Below, piece by piece: positions 41,141-51,812 of a DNA stretch of 64,000 nt (positions are counted from its first letter, which is position 1; every line of letters starts with the position of its first letter). The notes beneath the pieces were generated by a model. That model ran no database searches. It was given only the letters and a program-made list of their open reading frames with translations, and was not told where the DNA came from. Both the position numbers and the translations under genes were made by a program. Location: sequence record MZ065353.1. One strand, 5' to 3'. Source of the DNA: Escherichia virus KFS-EC3.

Positions 41141-43198
41141 ATGGAACTTATTACAGAATTATTTGACGGCGCTTCGGCGCCGGTTGTTAACTTAAATCCT
41201 AAGCATAAAATACCTCAAATTTTTGCTATTCAAGCCGGTGAAGAAAGCGTGCTTCCTGGATTTAGATTTTGTACATACACCTCTGGCGGTGATACAAATA
41301 AAAACGTTAAGCCAGGCGATAAAATGATGCATATCGTAATGATAGGTGTCAATGAGAAACTATCATTAGTTAAACTTAAAAACTTGGGTGGAAATCCAAT
41401 TGGTGTCATTAATGCGGTTTTTGATACTGCTCTTCAAACAATGAAACAGTATAAAATTGATGCATGCCTATTCCGCGTACTAAAAAGTAAAACAAATGGC
41501 GCAGCTCGTCAAATGCAAGTTATTGCTGACCGTTTAGTACGTACTAAAGGAGCAGGTCGATATGTTCTTTTAAAGGAAATCTGGGATTATGATAAAAAGT
41601 ATGCATATATTATGGTTTACCGTAAAAATGCCAATTTAAAAGACATTCCAGGTGTACCTCCTATTTCAACTGAGTTATTCACAAAAGTTGAATCAAAGGT
41701 TGGTGATGTTTATGTAGATGTTAAAACAGGTAATGCTGTTCCTAAAGCTGTTGCTGTTGCTGCTTCTATTGCTTTAGAAAATGATAAGCGCACGGATCAA
41801 GCTGTTATTCAGAAAACTAAAATTAGTCGTCGATTGGCAGCACAAGCTCAATATTCTACTGTCGATGCTTCGCTTCAGGGTGATAGCTTCGCTGCCAAGA
41901 AATATCAAGAGTTTGAATCTAAAGTTCCGGTATATAAAGCAGAAGGACCAATGAACTCTGGTGTTATTCAGATTGGTTCAAACTTCGGCAAAGGAGCTAT
42001 CGGTGGTATGAGAAGTGCTTCTCGTTTTAAATCTAACGATTATGAACTAGAAAGCTTCCGAAATCATATTGCATTGGCCCATGCACGTTTACGTGATCCG
42101 TCTATCAGACTGCAGAGCGATATAACACATCAAGGTTCTCAAGAATATTTAAAGAATAAAGAATTTTTTGATTATAAAACCGATAAAATTTTGAGCGATC
42201 TCGCTGACATTAATATTTCTAATAGCTTTGATGTTATTAAGAAAATTATCAATGATTTAGTTAAAGGTTCTAAAGCCACACCAGACGAAAAGGTAGCTAT
42301 TATTCAATTTGTCATGAATGGCATTTATAAATTGATTAATGAATCTGCTGCTCAGGCATATGAATACGCAAGCACCGAAGTAACTCCAAAAGGACTGACT
42401 CAGGCTGAGTCTGATGTAATTGAAGATTATTGTGCAGATTCATATGTTGAAATGAACTCGTTCCTCTTGGGTAAACCAGATTCTACCCGTGAAGAATATA
42501 TGGAACGAGCTATTAAACACATCGAGACGCTGGATTCTGCCTTTGCCAAAGGTTCAGTTCTTCCTCCAGGAACTACGCTTTATCGTGGACAAGAAGTTAC
42601 TTTTAAAACTTTACGCCATAATATTGAAAATAAAATGTTCTATTTCAAGAACTTCGTATCAACATCGCTTAAACCAAATATCTTCGGTGAGCATGGTAAA
42701 AACTATATGGCTCTAGATGATTCCGGCGCAGTATTTTCTGGTGAAGGAGAAGGTTCTGTTGATGCTGAAGATTTAATGCATATGGGCAGTCATTCTGCTT
42801 ATGCGAATGAAGATGCTGAAACTAGCGTAGGTATGGTAATAAAAGGAGCTGAGCGAATTAAAGTTATCGTTCCAGGTCATTTATCGGGATTTCCATCAGA
42901 AGCTGAAGTTATTCTACCGCGTGGAATTTTGTTGAAGATTAATAAAGTAAGCACGTACATGATGAAAGAAACTGCTTATAACAAGTATCTAATCGAAGGC
43001 ACAATCGTTCCTCCTTCTGAACAATTAGAAGAATCGGTATATGATGGCGATCATCTAATGGAAACTGGTGAAGTTCGTCCAATGGCTGGGTTTAATCAAT
43101 TCCTTGTAGAAGAATCAAAAGAAGAGGAAAACGAAGTTTCTCAAATCTTGGCTTCTTTGGTTAACATCAACGGAATGTCTAAAAAGTTCAAGATGTAG
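41141..43198 (+). CDS. second Alt-like ADP-ribosyltransferase paralog
   Basis: 685 aa; conserved N-terminus and C-terminal ART motifs (YRGQ, FVSTSL, EAEVILPRG), divergent central region; starts 3 nt after alt stop. Confidence 0.8.
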   Translation: MELITELFDGASAPVVNLNPKHKIPQIFAIQAGEESVLPGFRFCTYTSGGDTNKNVKPGDKMMHIVMIGVNEKLSLVKLKNLGGNPIGVINAVFDTALQTMKQYKIDACLFRVLKSKTNGAARQMQVIADRLVRTKGAGRYVLLKEIWDYDKKYAYIMVYRKNANLKDIPGVPPISTELFTKVESKVGDVYVDVKTGNAVPKAVAVAASIALENDKRTDQAVIQKTKISRRLAAQAQYSTVDASLQGDSFAAKKYQEFESKVPVYKAEGPMNSGVIQIGSNFGKGAIGGMRSASRFKSNDYELESFRNHIALAHARLRDPSIRLQSDITHQGSQEYLKNKEFFDYKTDKILSDLADINISNSFDVIKKIINDLVKGSKATPDEKVAIIQFVMNGIYKLINESAAQAYEYASTEVTPKGLTQAESDVIEDYCADSYVEMNSFLLGKPDSTREEYMERAIKHIETLDSAFAKGSVLPPGTTLYRGQEVTFKTLRHNIENKMFYFKNFVSTSLKPNIFGEHGKNYMALDDSGAVFSGEGEGSVDAEDLMHMGSHSAYANEDAETSVGMVIKGAERIKVIVPGHLSGFPSEAEVILPRGILLKINKVSTYMMKETAYNKYLIEGTIVPPSEQLEESVYDGDHLMETGEVRPMAGFNQFLVEESKEEENEVSQILASLVNINGMSKKFKM

Positions 43199-43250
43199 TT
43201 TACAAGTCCCTCGTGTTGTGTTATAGTAATCTTACTGACATAACATGAGG
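43198..43250 (+). promoter_or_regulatory. early promoter within 53-bp repeat, copy 2
   Basis: Differs from copy 1 (27568-27620) at one position; GTTTAC begins at the last nt of the alt-paralog stop codon. Confidence 0.55.
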
Positions 43251-43258
43251 AACACAAA

Positions 43259-43549
43259 ATGAAATCTTCTTTACGCTTTTTAGGTCAAGAACTTGTAGTT
43301 GAAGGCGTTATTCCTGCTGATAACGCTTTTAATGAAGCAGTTTATGATGAATTTATCAAAATTTTTGGAACAGATAAAAAGTTCGGAATTTTTCCTTCTG
43401 AAAATTTTTCAAAGCCAGAACAGACTGAAAGCATTTTCCAAGGTGTAGTAACAGGTAAATTTGAGTCAGAAGCTCCGGTAAAAATTGAAGTTTATATTGA
43501 AGACAGTTTAGTTGCTTCAGTTGCTGCTTTCATTTCATTCCGTAAATAA
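43259..43549 (+). CDS. hypothetical protein
   Basis: 96-aa ORF with GAGGA RBS downstream of repeat copy 2. Confidence 0.55.
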   Translation: MKSSLRFLGQELVVEGVIPADNAFNEAVYDEFIKIFGTDKKFGIFPSENFSKPEQTESIFQGVVTGKFESEAPVKIEVYIEDSLVASVAAFISFRK

Positions 43550-43573
43550 AAATATGGGGACCTTTCGGTCCCC
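43545..43573 (-). terminator. hairpin terminator after gene 54 (GGGGACC-UUUC-GGUCCCC)
   Basis: Stem-loop followed by U-rich tract on the minus strand. Confidence 0.55.
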
Positions 43574-43577
43574 ATTG

Positions 43578-44543
43578 TTATATTGCTCCTAATATTTTAC
43601 TTTGCGAATTGACAATTCCTGTCATAGTATTAATGTTTGAAATGCTTCCAGCAGTTCCCCCTAATCTACTAAGTCGTGAAAGCGAATTAGATAATCCAGT
43701 AACACCTCCACTATTTCCGAGAACGCTTTGAATGCCATTTATAGCAGCAGATTCAAGCCACTCAAGCGCAGCTTGTCTATCAACCGACCCGGCCTGCATG
43801 ACTCTATACGCAAAAGTAACATCAAATGTAGTTATTTGGTTATCTCCATCATATGATAACTCAGGAGCGCTCACTGACACTGGAATGCATCCGGTGAACA
43901 TCACCGCAGTATGAGGTAATCCATTACGAGCATGAAGATTAACCTGAATATCTGCCTCGACATCTTGCGGCAAAGCACGCAGTCCAGTTACTGGGTCTTG
44001 AACAGCGTTAACCCAGTCTTGCATTGCACGATAGTTACAAGCTTCTGAATCCATTCTAAATGAAATAACCAAAGGGTCTAATTCTCTCCCAGTTATACGA
44101 ATATTAGGAGAGTTATAATTCCAGTCAGTTTCATAGGATAATCTATTCTCTGGCATTTTTACAGAATATATCATCAATCCAGATGAGTTATATGCCATAT
44201 TAAAGAAGTCAATTAAATATGTACCAACTGTAAATGAGCCCAATAAACTTTGAACTGTACGTTGACTCATGGCACCAATAAGATATTTACTAACCCCTGA
44301 TTTTCTTATCAGTTTTTGTGTGCCAGCAGTAATTAGCGTGGTAATTCCCTGATTAATATCGCCTTGAGACAATCCTAACCAGTCTGAATTTAGACCCAAG
44401 TTATTATAAGAAAAGTTGCTAATTGAACTTATCAACGAAGAGCTTTTAGTTGATGGAGTTGTCGCAAAAACGCAGCTAAACATATTATTACGCTGGAAAT
44501 CTGCGTTTATTGCTTGATTATTAAATTCCTCTAAAGAATACAT
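43578..44543 (-). CDS. 54: gp54 baseplate tail-tube initiator
   Basis: 321 aa, synteny 54-48-29-28-27-51. Confidence 0.9.
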   Translation of the reverse strand: MYSLEEFNNQAINADFQRNNMFSCVFATTPSTKSSSLISSISNFSYNNLGLNSDWLGLSQGDINQGITTLITAGTQKLIRKSGVSKYLIGAMSQRTVQSLLGSFTVGTYLIDFFNMAYNSSGLMIYSVKMPENRLSYETDWNYNSPNIRITGRELDPLVISFRMDSEACNYRAMQDWVNAVQDPVTGLRALPQDVEADIQVNLHARNGLPHTAVMFTGCIPVSVSAPELSYDGDNQITTFDVTFAYRVMQAGSVDRQAALEWLESAAINGIQSVLGNSGGVTGLSNSLSRLSRLGGTAGSISNINTMTGIVNSQSKILGAI

Positions 44544-45637
44544 TAAAAAGTCCCCGCATATAAAGAAGCACGGTTTAACGTGATAATTTCTCTCATAGTA
44601 ATCTCAAGAGTAAATGTACTAGGGAGGTTTGGAGCAATAGCTAATCCGTTAAAGTTACCATTAGGTGTTTTATCAAATCTGATGCTCTGTATTTGACATG
44701 GGCCAAATATTTCCGTTTTTCCATCAAACTTAGATGTTGCACCAAAGTTTTTCACCATCCAAATTGTTGGGTTTGAAACTACTAGAACGTTAGTTAAACT
44801 CGATGTCATTTTCTCAAATAGTGTTTTATTTTTAGCTGCGTCTTCCGGAGATAAAGGTTCAATTAACGTAGAACGATACCAATCATCTAAATACCCCTTT
44901 ATTTCAGCAGCATATTGAGATTTGCCCGTTTCACCATAAGAAAAATAGTTAAAATATTGATAGATATTGATAATAGCCATCAAATCTTCTGTTGAACGTG
45001 GAGTCAAATCCCATGTAAACACTTTAGTTCTATTCTCAGCACCGCCATACATACTTCTGGCTGTCGTATAAATCTGTTCATTATTATCAGCCATTATACC
45101 TTGTGTTATACTTTCCAGTGCCCCAAATACTGCAGTTGAAGCAATATTACTTAACACACCAGTAGCAGTACCTCCGCCTCTGCTGATAAGACTTTCTTGA
45201 ACATCATTAAATCTATGTGATGATGTATCAACGTCAGATTTAGATCTCGGTAAAAGAATGTTTGCGACAGGAGCTTTACTTATTGTTCCTGAATTATTGT
45301 TTGATATTAATCCATTTGATAGTTTTGATACTGTACTACTAATAGTGTTTCTAGCTGTACTTAAAATACTCGAAGATGAAGAAGAGTAGTTAGATCTCAT
45401 CGATCTAAGACTTCCAGAATCCCTAGATGACATATTGTATGCAGTAAATAATAATCCATTCTTATATAGATCTGTTACCTGGAAGTCCCCTGTAGTGTCA
45501 TTACCACTAGCACGCCCAGTTGGAAACTGGGCAGTGTATGTTTTAGTTGCTACTTCTGATTTAGTACTCTGTCCGGCTGAAATTTTCTCACCGGACTTTT
45601 TAATTAAATCAGCAGTTATTTCTTTAACAATTGCCAT
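44543..45637 (-). CDS. 48: gp48 baseplate tail-tube cap
   Basis: 364 aa, T4 gp48 length. Confidence 0.9.
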   Translation of the reverse strand: MAIVKEITADLIKKSGEKISAGQSTKSEVATKTYTAQFPTGRASGNDTTGDFQVTDLYKNGLLFTAYNMSSRDSGSLRSMRSNYSSSSSSILSTARNTISSTVSKLSNGLISNNNSGTISKAPVANILLPRSKSDVDTSSHRFNDVQESLISRGGGTATGVLSNIASTAVFGALESITQGIMADNNEQIYTTARSMYGGAENRTKVFTWDLTPRSTEDLMAIINIYQYFNYFSYGETGKSQYAAEIKGYLDDWYRSTLIEPLSPEDAAKNKTLFEKMTSSLTNVLVVSNPTIWMVKNFGATSKFDGKTEIFGPCQIQSIRFDKTPNGNFNGLAIAPNLPSTFTLEITMREIITLNRASLYAGTF

Positions 45638-45645
45638 ATTATTCC

Positions 45646-47418
45646 TTAATTAACTCCAGTCGCATCAAATACACCAGGAGCAGTCGTGCTCGTTACAGGT
45701 GTCATATTATGAACGACAGTATTTTTCTTAATAACATTATTAGTATTATTGATCGAAGGAGATGCTTGTTGAACAGGAGCTTGCTGTGCTTTGTTCTTTT
45801 CTATTACCTGGACTTGTTTTGCTTCTGGCGATTTAGCAGAAGTTTCAGGTTTGGCATTAGGCTGATTTTTCTTGAGCTCTTGATAAGTAGCATCAATTTT
45901 AGAAAATCTAGCAGCAAGTTCTTTTTTAACTGCCGGTGAATTATTTAAATCCGGGTCATCCATTCGTTTTTTAAGGTCTTCATAGGCAGCTTCAACTGAT
46001 TTAACCGTTGAGTCTTTACTCATATCAGCCGAATCAGCGTATTTTTCAAAACGAATCATCGCGGCACGAGCTTCATTAGCTTTCATTAAAGCATTTTTTC
46101 TTTCTTCAGGTGAAAGTTGCTTTAATTTTTCTTCTTCTGCTGCGCGTTCTTCATCGGTTGTCAATGCTTCTTTATTATCAACGCCACGAATCCAGTTAGA
46201 TGCACGGGTTTTCCAATTAGCAATTTTATCTAATCCTTTTGCTATTGGACCAAGATCGTCATTCATTCGTTTATCTTGATAATTTGCTACTTTTTCTTGG
46301 TCTTCTTTATTGAGAGATGCTCCAGTAGAATTTTGGAAATTTTCCAGCGCTCTTCCTTCTACTTCATCAGCGGTATCCTTCATACCAGGAATAACTCGAA
46401 GAATTGCTGCTGATAATTTAGCCATTCCAAGCTGAATAAGTTCTCCTAAATTATAAAGAACCTTTCCAAGCCCTTCTACAATAGCTACCGTCAAACCGCC
46501 CCAATCTCCCTCTTCCCAGAATTTTTTAATTTCATCAATAGAACTAAAGATGCTCTGTAATAAAGGACCCCATGTTCCGGTTTCGCTAGAGAATTTAGTA
46601 AAGTTTGAACTAAACAAATCCCAAGCCTGCGAAAATTTATCTGACCAATATTTAAAGTGAACCATCAGCAAATCTATTCCAACAACAACAGCCAATATCA
46701 TTGCAGTCATTTTAGCAGCTTCAATAGCAGCACTGACAGTATACTTAAATAGCATGCTTGATATTTTATCAGTAATTGAAATAGATTTCTTAAATCCGAA
46801 ATCAACAGTCTTTGTTAATTTATCTAAAGCTTGAGATAATTTTAAGTTAAATGCGTCTTTTTTCTGTTTTTCTTCTGGCGATTCTTGTTTGGGTTCAACT
46901 GGCTGAGGGGTAGGGAAAAAATCAGCATCAGGATCATTATTAACTGCTTCAGGAGCCGGTAATAAAGGACCCACGGATTCAGCTGTATCGTCCTCAACAA
47001 CTTTAACAGGAATAGCGCTTTCAACCGTAGCTAAACTAGTTCCTGTTTGTTGAATTCCGGCTGTCTGGATTTTTTGCTCTAGTAAACTCGTTAATTTATC
47101 TAATTTACTTCCGAGCGATTCGCCAATTTCTTTATTAATATTGTTGCCAATTTCGACAGTTTCAGCAATTAACTCAGAACCAGCAGTAGTATCACTCACT
47201 GCGTTTTCTACGTTGTCAATTGCTCCAATTATTTCATTCGATTTTTCTTCGACAGTTTGAGCAATTAATTCAGAAGCAGCTTGAGCATCATCCAATTTCG
47301 TAGATATATCGTTAAGTCCAGATAGAGTATTGGAAGCGGATTTAGCCGCTTCCTGTGTTGGTTTATTATCTGAAATAACTTTTCTACGCATCGTTTGCAT
47401 TTCTTGTGGCTTTTTCAT
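45646..47418 (-). CDS. 29: gp29 baseplate hub / tail length determinator
   Basis: 590 aa, T4 gp29 length. Confidence 0.9.
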   Translation of the reverse strand: MKKPQEMQTMRRKVISDNKPTQEAAKSASNTLSGLNDISTKLDDAQAASELIAQTVEEKSNEIIGAIDNVENAVSDTTAGSELIAETVEIGNNINKEIGESLGSKLDKLTSLLEQKIQTAGIQQTGTSLATVESAIPVKVVEDDTAESVGPLLPAPEAVNNDPDADFFPTPQPVEPKQESPEEKQKKDAFNLKLSQALDKLTKTVDFGFKKSISITDKISSMLFKYTVSAAIEAAKMTAMILAVVVGIDLLMVHFKYWSDKFSQAWDLFSSNFTKFSSETGTWGPLLQSIFSSIDEIKKFWEEGDWGGLTVAIVEGLGKVLYNLGELIQLGMAKLSAAILRVIPGMKDTADEVEGRALENFQNSTGASLNKEDQEKVANYQDKRMNDDLGPIAKGLDKIANWKTRASNWIRGVDNKEALTTDEERAAEEEKLKQLSPEERKNALMKANEARAAMIRFEKYADSADMSKDSTVKSVEAAYEDLKKRMDDPDLNNSPAVKKELAARFSKIDATYQELKKNQPNAKPETSAKSPEAKQVQVIEKNKAQQAPVQQASPSINNTNNVIKKNTVVHNMTPVTSTTAPGVFDATGVN

Positions 47419-47948
47419 TCAAATAATCCAATAATATTGCCAATTCCGGTTATTGGACCATTAGGGCCAGGAATTGCTAAAGTTGTAAAAATATCATTTG
47501 CCCATTTTAAAACGAATGCTGGCATCTCAAGAAAATTAATTTCTTTAACTTCATCATTGACCTTAAGCAAGCATTTGGATAACATATCGCTCACCGTTAA
47601 AAATTGTTCAAATTTTCCAGGAGGTCTAAAATAAAATGTATTTCCTTGGTATTGAAATTCCAATCTTTGGCATACATAAACATCATTAATGTCATAAGTA
47701 TAACCATCTATTTCTTTACGAGATTTAATCTTTCCATTAAATTCCAATAGATGAATAGAAACGAAATCAACTTCTGCCGGTGATAAATTCGGACAAATAG
47801 AATCAATAAGAAGTTTTAAATTTTCATCAGGACCTTTAACATCTTTTAAAATGTTATAATGTTTAAGACCCATTTTAGGAATAGAAACTTCTTTATTGCT
47901 TATTGGAAGAACTACTTTCTTCAGTGGTAGTATCAGATTTAAATTCAT
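47415..47948 (-). CDS. 28: gp28 baseplate hub distal subunit
   Basis: 177 aa; start overlaps gp27 3' end by 56 nt in the track. Confidence 0.85.
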   Translation of the reverse strand: MNLNLILPLKKVVLPISNKEVSIPKMGLKHYNILKDVKGPDENLKLLIDSICPNLSPAEVDFVSIHLLEFNGKIKSRKEIDGYTYDINDVYVCQRLEFQYQGNTFYFRPPGKFEQFLTVSDMLSKCLLKVNDEVKEINFLEMPAFVLKWANDIFTTLAIPGPNGPITGIGNIIGLFE

Positions 47949-49068
47949 TTTTAACCTTAACTGGGTCTATTGTTTCCAGTTTCGTTGCATTAGTGAACAT
48001 ATATAGATGAGTTACTGAATTATTATTGGATAATTCATGGATAACTTCATCAACGTAAAATTCTGTTTTAAATTGGTTTTTACTATCATTAAAAATAATT
48101 TTAACGCCAGGAGTCAAGTTAAAATTACCGACAGTAGAACATTTAGCATAACCATCGTATTGTGCCATAGTTTGAAGACGAATAGCTTCTTCATATCCAT
48201 TCCTATAAGTCATTTCAGAATAAGCACCTGACCTTGATACTACAATAGAGTTTTCTCCCTTTCCTGTAGTAATCATTGGCAATGAAGAATCCAAAAACGA
48301 ATGCGCATAGATAGTAGCGTTTTTCATTGGGTCACGTTTGTGAGGATTCGATTTAGTCAACCAAACGAAATCATATGCCAATGGATATTTTAATTCTTGG
48401 ATGAATTGACCTATTAAAGATGGCTCACCGACAATCATTGGATATGGTTCTTGATTTATCATCATATCATAGTCCATCATGTTAACTCCCATGATGTCTT
48501 GCCACACAAATACAAATTTGTCACTTCCTACAGCTAGAGCAACTTCTCTGACATATGACAAATAGTTTTCAAATGTACTAGTCCACGGAATATCAGGAAC
48601 ATAAGCATTTATTGCATTTATTGCTGGAGTTAATAACGTGCGATCCTGATAAATGACACCAAGCATTTCCTTTATAGATTCACCTGCATCAGAGAAAAAC
48701 GGTCTGCCAAATTTAAGATTTTCTATAGAATGAATAGTTCCCAATTCAATAGCAATGATGTTATCACCCTTTGAATCTACAGATACAGAAAAATGCTTAC
48801 ATCCATAAATTCGTGTTTTAACATTATTAATATCGTTTGCATTAGCTACAGAAATCTGAATTATTTCATTTCCATCCATTTTTGTATGGATATTTTTAGA
48901 ATCATAAAACTGCAGCATTCCTTCATTTCGGCCATAAAGAGAATCCCGCATAGTTAATGTGGTAATAGTAGCAGCTAATTCAACAAATCTATTATTACTC
49001 CAAGCGTCGTAGCTATCAAATAATTTAACGCTGAGATTTGGATATCCTGGGCGTTGCAACATACTCAT
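47893..49068 (-). CDS. 27: gp27 baseplate hub subunit
   Basis: 391 aa, T4 gp27 length. Confidence 0.9.
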   Translation of the reverse strand: MSMLQRPGYPNLSVKLFDSYDAWSNNRFVELAATITTLTMRDSLYGRNEGMLQFYDSKNIHTKMDGNEIIQISVANANDINNVKTRIYGCKHFSVSVDSKGDNIIAIELGTIHSIENLKFGRPFFSDAGESIKEMLGVIYQDRTLLTPAINAINAYVPDIPWTSTFENYLSYVREVALAVGSDKFVFVWQDIMGVNMMDYDMMINQEPYPMIVGEPSLIGQFIQELKYPLAYDFVWLTKSNPHKRDPMKNATIYAHSFLDSSLPMITTGKGENSIVVSRSGAYSEMTYRNGYEEAIRLQTMAQYDGYAKCSTVGNFNLTPGVKIIFNDSKNQFKTEFYVDEVIHELSNNNSVTHLYMFTNATKLETIDPVKVKNEFKSDTTTEESSSSNKQ

Positions 49069-49817
49069 TATTGTTTATCCTTCTCAATCAGTTTTAATAC
49101 GAATCCGCGCTCGGCAGGAATCATTTTCATTATTGAATTTAAGCTATAATTACTTTTTACGAGTGTGTGATTAATTTGATAAAAAGTAAATATCTCATCT
49201 GGGTTAACTAATAGCTTAAACACATCTACTATATCAGTGTATTTTTTTACATACTTATTACAACATGACATATGCAATGTTAAATTAATAGGATTCATTG
49301 CATCGAGAATTTTTTCTAATGTTTCTATCTCGATGGCATCAACAAGTTCTATTTGACTTGATTCGCTAATTTCATTCCAATCATACCACATTTCATCTAC
49401 TTGAACGGAATGAATATTTTCAGTAATCATCTTTGCTTTATTTTCATAAAACTCAGAAGGAAACTTTAATTTAATTTTAACATTAGCTACATCAAAAACA
49501 GGTTCCTTTAATTCTTTTTGATATATTTCAAATGGAACTGTCTTTTCTTTTTTACATTTTGGACATACAAATGTGACCGGTACTTTAGTTTTACCTATTG
49601 ACCCTACAAATACCTGCAAAAATATAAATGGTTGCCAAGTCTTCGGATAGTCTCCAAAATAATCGGCAATTAAATCAGCAATTATTTCTTTTTGTTCTTG
49701 TGGTGACCGATGTTCTATATCGTTTCGAACTAACAAAAAATCTCGATAATCTTCTACCGTAAATGGTTTAAAACGATGAACACCATCTGGTAATTTACAA
49801 CGAATAATGTTTGCCAT
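49068..49817 (-). CDS. 51: gp51 baseplate hub assembly catalyst
   Basis: 249 aa, T4 gp51 length. Confidence 0.88.
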   Translation of the reverse strand: MANIIRCKLPDGVHRFKPFTVEDYRDFLLVRNDIEHRSPQEQKEIIADLIADYFGDYPKTWQPFIFLQVFVGSIGKTKVPVTFVCPKCKKEKTVPFEIYQKELKEPVFDVANVKIKLKFPSEFYENKAKMITENIHSVQVDEMWYDWNEISESSQIELVDAIEIETLEKILDAMNPINLTLHMSCCNKYVKKYTDIVDVFKLLVNPDEIFTFYQINHTLVKSNYSLNSIMKMIPAERGFVLKLIEKDKQ

Positions 49818-49834
49818 AGATGCTCCTTTTATTC

Positions 49835-49842
49835 TATTTATA
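49835..49842 (-). promoter_or_regulatory. late promoter TATAAATA for gene 51
   Basis: Part of the TATTTATAAATA element shared with the divergent gene 26 promoter. Confidence 0.65.
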
Positions 49843-49846
49843 AATA
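49839..49846 (+). promoter_or_regulatory. late promoter TATAAATA for gene 26
   Basis: Overlaps the minus-strand late promoter by 4 nt. Confidence 0.65.
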
Positions 49847-49867
49847 TGATAAATAAAGGAGCTAAAT

Positions 49868-50494
49868 ATGTATGAATACAAATTTGATGTGAGAGTTGGT
49901 TCTAAAATAATCAACTGTCGCGCATTTACTCTTAAAGAATATCTAGAACTTATTACTGCTAAAAAGAACGGTTCAGTAGAAGAGATCGTTAAAAAGCTAA
50001 TTAAAGACTGCACAAATGCAAAAGATTTAAACCGCCAAGAATCAGAACTACTGTTGATTCATTTATGGGCGCATTCTCTTGGAGAAGTTAATCACGAAAA
50101 CTCCTGGAAGTGCACCTGTGGAACTGAAATACCAACCCATATAAATCTATTACATACACAAATAGATGCACCAGAAGACCTCTGGTATACACTGGGTGAC
50201 ATTAAAATTAAGTTCCATTACCCTAAAATTTTTGATGATAAAAATATAGCCCACATGATAGTATCATGTATAGAAACGATTCATGCTAACGGTGAAAGCA
50301 TTCCAATTGAAGACTTAAATGAAAAAGAGTTGGAAGATTTATATTCTATCATCACAGAGTCAGATATTGTAGCTATAAAAGATATGCTTTTAAAGCCTAC
50401 TGTTTATTTGGCTGTTCCAATTAAGTGTCCAGAGTGTGGAAAAACTCACGCTCATGTAATAAGAGGACTCAAAGAATTCTTTGAGCTATTGTAA
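49868..50494 (+). CDS. 26: gp26 baseplate hub subunit
   Basis: 208 aa, T4 gp26 length. Confidence 0.88.
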   Translation: MYEYKFDVRVGSKIINCRAFTLKEYLELITAKKNGSVEEIVKKLIKDCTNAKDLNRQESELLLIHLWAHSLGEVNHENSWKCTCGTEIPTHINLLHTQIDAPEDLWYTLGDIKIKFHYPKIFDDKNIAHMIVSCIETIHANGESIPIEDLNEKELEDLYSIITESDIVAIKDMLLKPTVYLAVPIKCPECGKTHAHVIRGLKEFFELL

Positions 50495-50892
50495 TGGCAA
50501 ATATTAATAAGCTTTATTCTGACATTGACCCAGAAATGAAAATGGATTGGGACAAAGACGTTTCCAGATCTCTTGGATTAAGGTCAATTAAAAATAGCCT
50601 TTTAGGAATTATTACAACCAGGAAAGGGTCAAGGCCATTTGACCCAGAATTTGGATGCGATTTATCTGATCAGCTTTTTGAGAATATGACTCCTCTTACT
50701 GCTGATACTGTTGAGCGTAACATTGAAAGCGCAGTAAGAAACTACGAGCCACGTATTGATAAATTAGCAGTTAATGTAATACCGGTTTATGATGATTATA
50801 CTCTGATAGTAGAAATACGCTTTTCGGTCATCGATAATCCTGATGATATTGAGCAGATAAAACTACAACTGGCTTCCAGTAATAGAGTATAA
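50494..50892 (+). CDS. 25: gp25 baseplate wedge subunit
   Basis: 132 aa, T4 gp25 length. Confidence 0.9.
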   Translation: MANINKLYSDIDPEMKMDWDKDVSRSLGLRSIKNSLLGIITTRKGSRPFDPEFGCDLSDQLFENMTPLTADTVERNIESAVRNYEPRIDKLAVNVIPVYDDYTLIVEIRFSVIDNPDDIEQIKLQLASSNRV

Positions 50893-50918
50893 TGCTTCAC
50901 GTATAAACGTGGTATAAT
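50890..50918 (+). promoter_or_regulatory. MotA-dependent middle promoter for uvsY
   Basis: TAATGCTTCA matches the MotA box consensus, 13 nt spacer, TATAAT. Confidence 0.65.
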
Positions 50919-50958
50919 GAATCTAAGTCCATCCAATAACAATTGAATAGAGAACAAT

Positions 50959-51372
50959 ATGAAATTAGAAGATCTTCAAGAAGAATTGAAGAAAGATGTG
51001 TTTATAGATTCGACTAAATTACAGTATGAAGCAGCTAATAATGTGATGTTATATAGTAAATGGCTCAATAAGCATTCAAGTATTAAAAAGGAAATGCTTA
51101 GAATTGACGCACAGAAAAAAGTTGCTCTTAAAGCTAAATTAGACTACTACTCGGGACGAGGAGATGGTGATGAATTTAGTATGGACCGTTATGAGAAATC
51201 AGAAATGAAGACAGTTCTATCAGCTGATAAGGATGTTTTAAAAGTTGATACTTCATTACAGTATTGGGGAATTTTATTGGATTTCTGTAGCGGAGCTCTT
51301 GATGCTATTAAATCACGCGGATTTGCTATTAAGCATATTCAAGACATGCGAGCATTTGAGGCTGGAAAATAA
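50959..51372 (+). CDS. uvsY: UvsY recombination mediator
   Basis: 137 aa, T4 UvsY length and sequence. Confidence 0.95.
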   Translation: MKLEDLQEELKKDVFIDSTKLQYEAANNVMLYSKWLNKHSSIKKEMLRIDAQKKVALKAKLDYYSGRGDGDEFSMDRYEKSEMKTVLSADKDVLKVDTSLQYWGILLDFCSGALDAIKSRGFAIKHIQDMRAFEAGK

Positions 51373-51593
51373 TGAAAAGCATTGATGATGCTTTTAATTA
51401 TGAAGAAGAATTTGAAACGGAAATTCAATTCTTAATGAAAAAGTATAATCTCAAGCGTCAGGATATTCGTATCCTGGCTGACCATCCATGCGGTGAAGAT
51501 GTACTTTATATTAAAGGAAAATTTGCCGGATATCTTGATGAATATTTTTATTCTAAAGATATGGGCATTGATATGCATATGAGAGTTATATAA
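51372..51593 (+). CDS. hypothetical protein (uvsY.-1 position)
   Basis: 73-aa ORF, ATG overlaps uvsY stop. Confidence 0.6.
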   Translation: MKSIDDAFNYEEEFETEIQFLMKKYNLKRQDIRILADHPCGEDVLYIKGKFAGYLDEYFYSKDMGIDMHMRVI

Positions 51594-51621
51594 ATAGATA
51601 TATAATTTAGAGGAGACAATC

Positions 51622-51789
51622 ATGTCAGATAAGATTTGTGTTGTCTGTAAAACTCCAATCGATTCTGCATTGGTTGTTGAAACAGACAAAGGTCCTGTAC
51701 ATCCTGGGCCTTGTTATAATTACATTAAAGAACTACCAGTTTCAGAAAGTTCGGAAGAACAATTAAATGAAACACAACTTTTGCTATAG
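51622..51789 (+). CDS. small Cys-containing protein (55 aa; uvsY.-2 position)
   Basis: AGGAGA RBS; CVVC ... PGPC suggests a zinc ribbon; below ORF-track threshold. Confidence 0.45.
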   Translation: MSDKICVVCKTPIDSALVVETDKGPVHPGPCYNYIKELPVSESSEEQLNETQLLL

Positions 51790-51812
51790 TGTGACCTTTA
51801 GTCTATAGTTTT

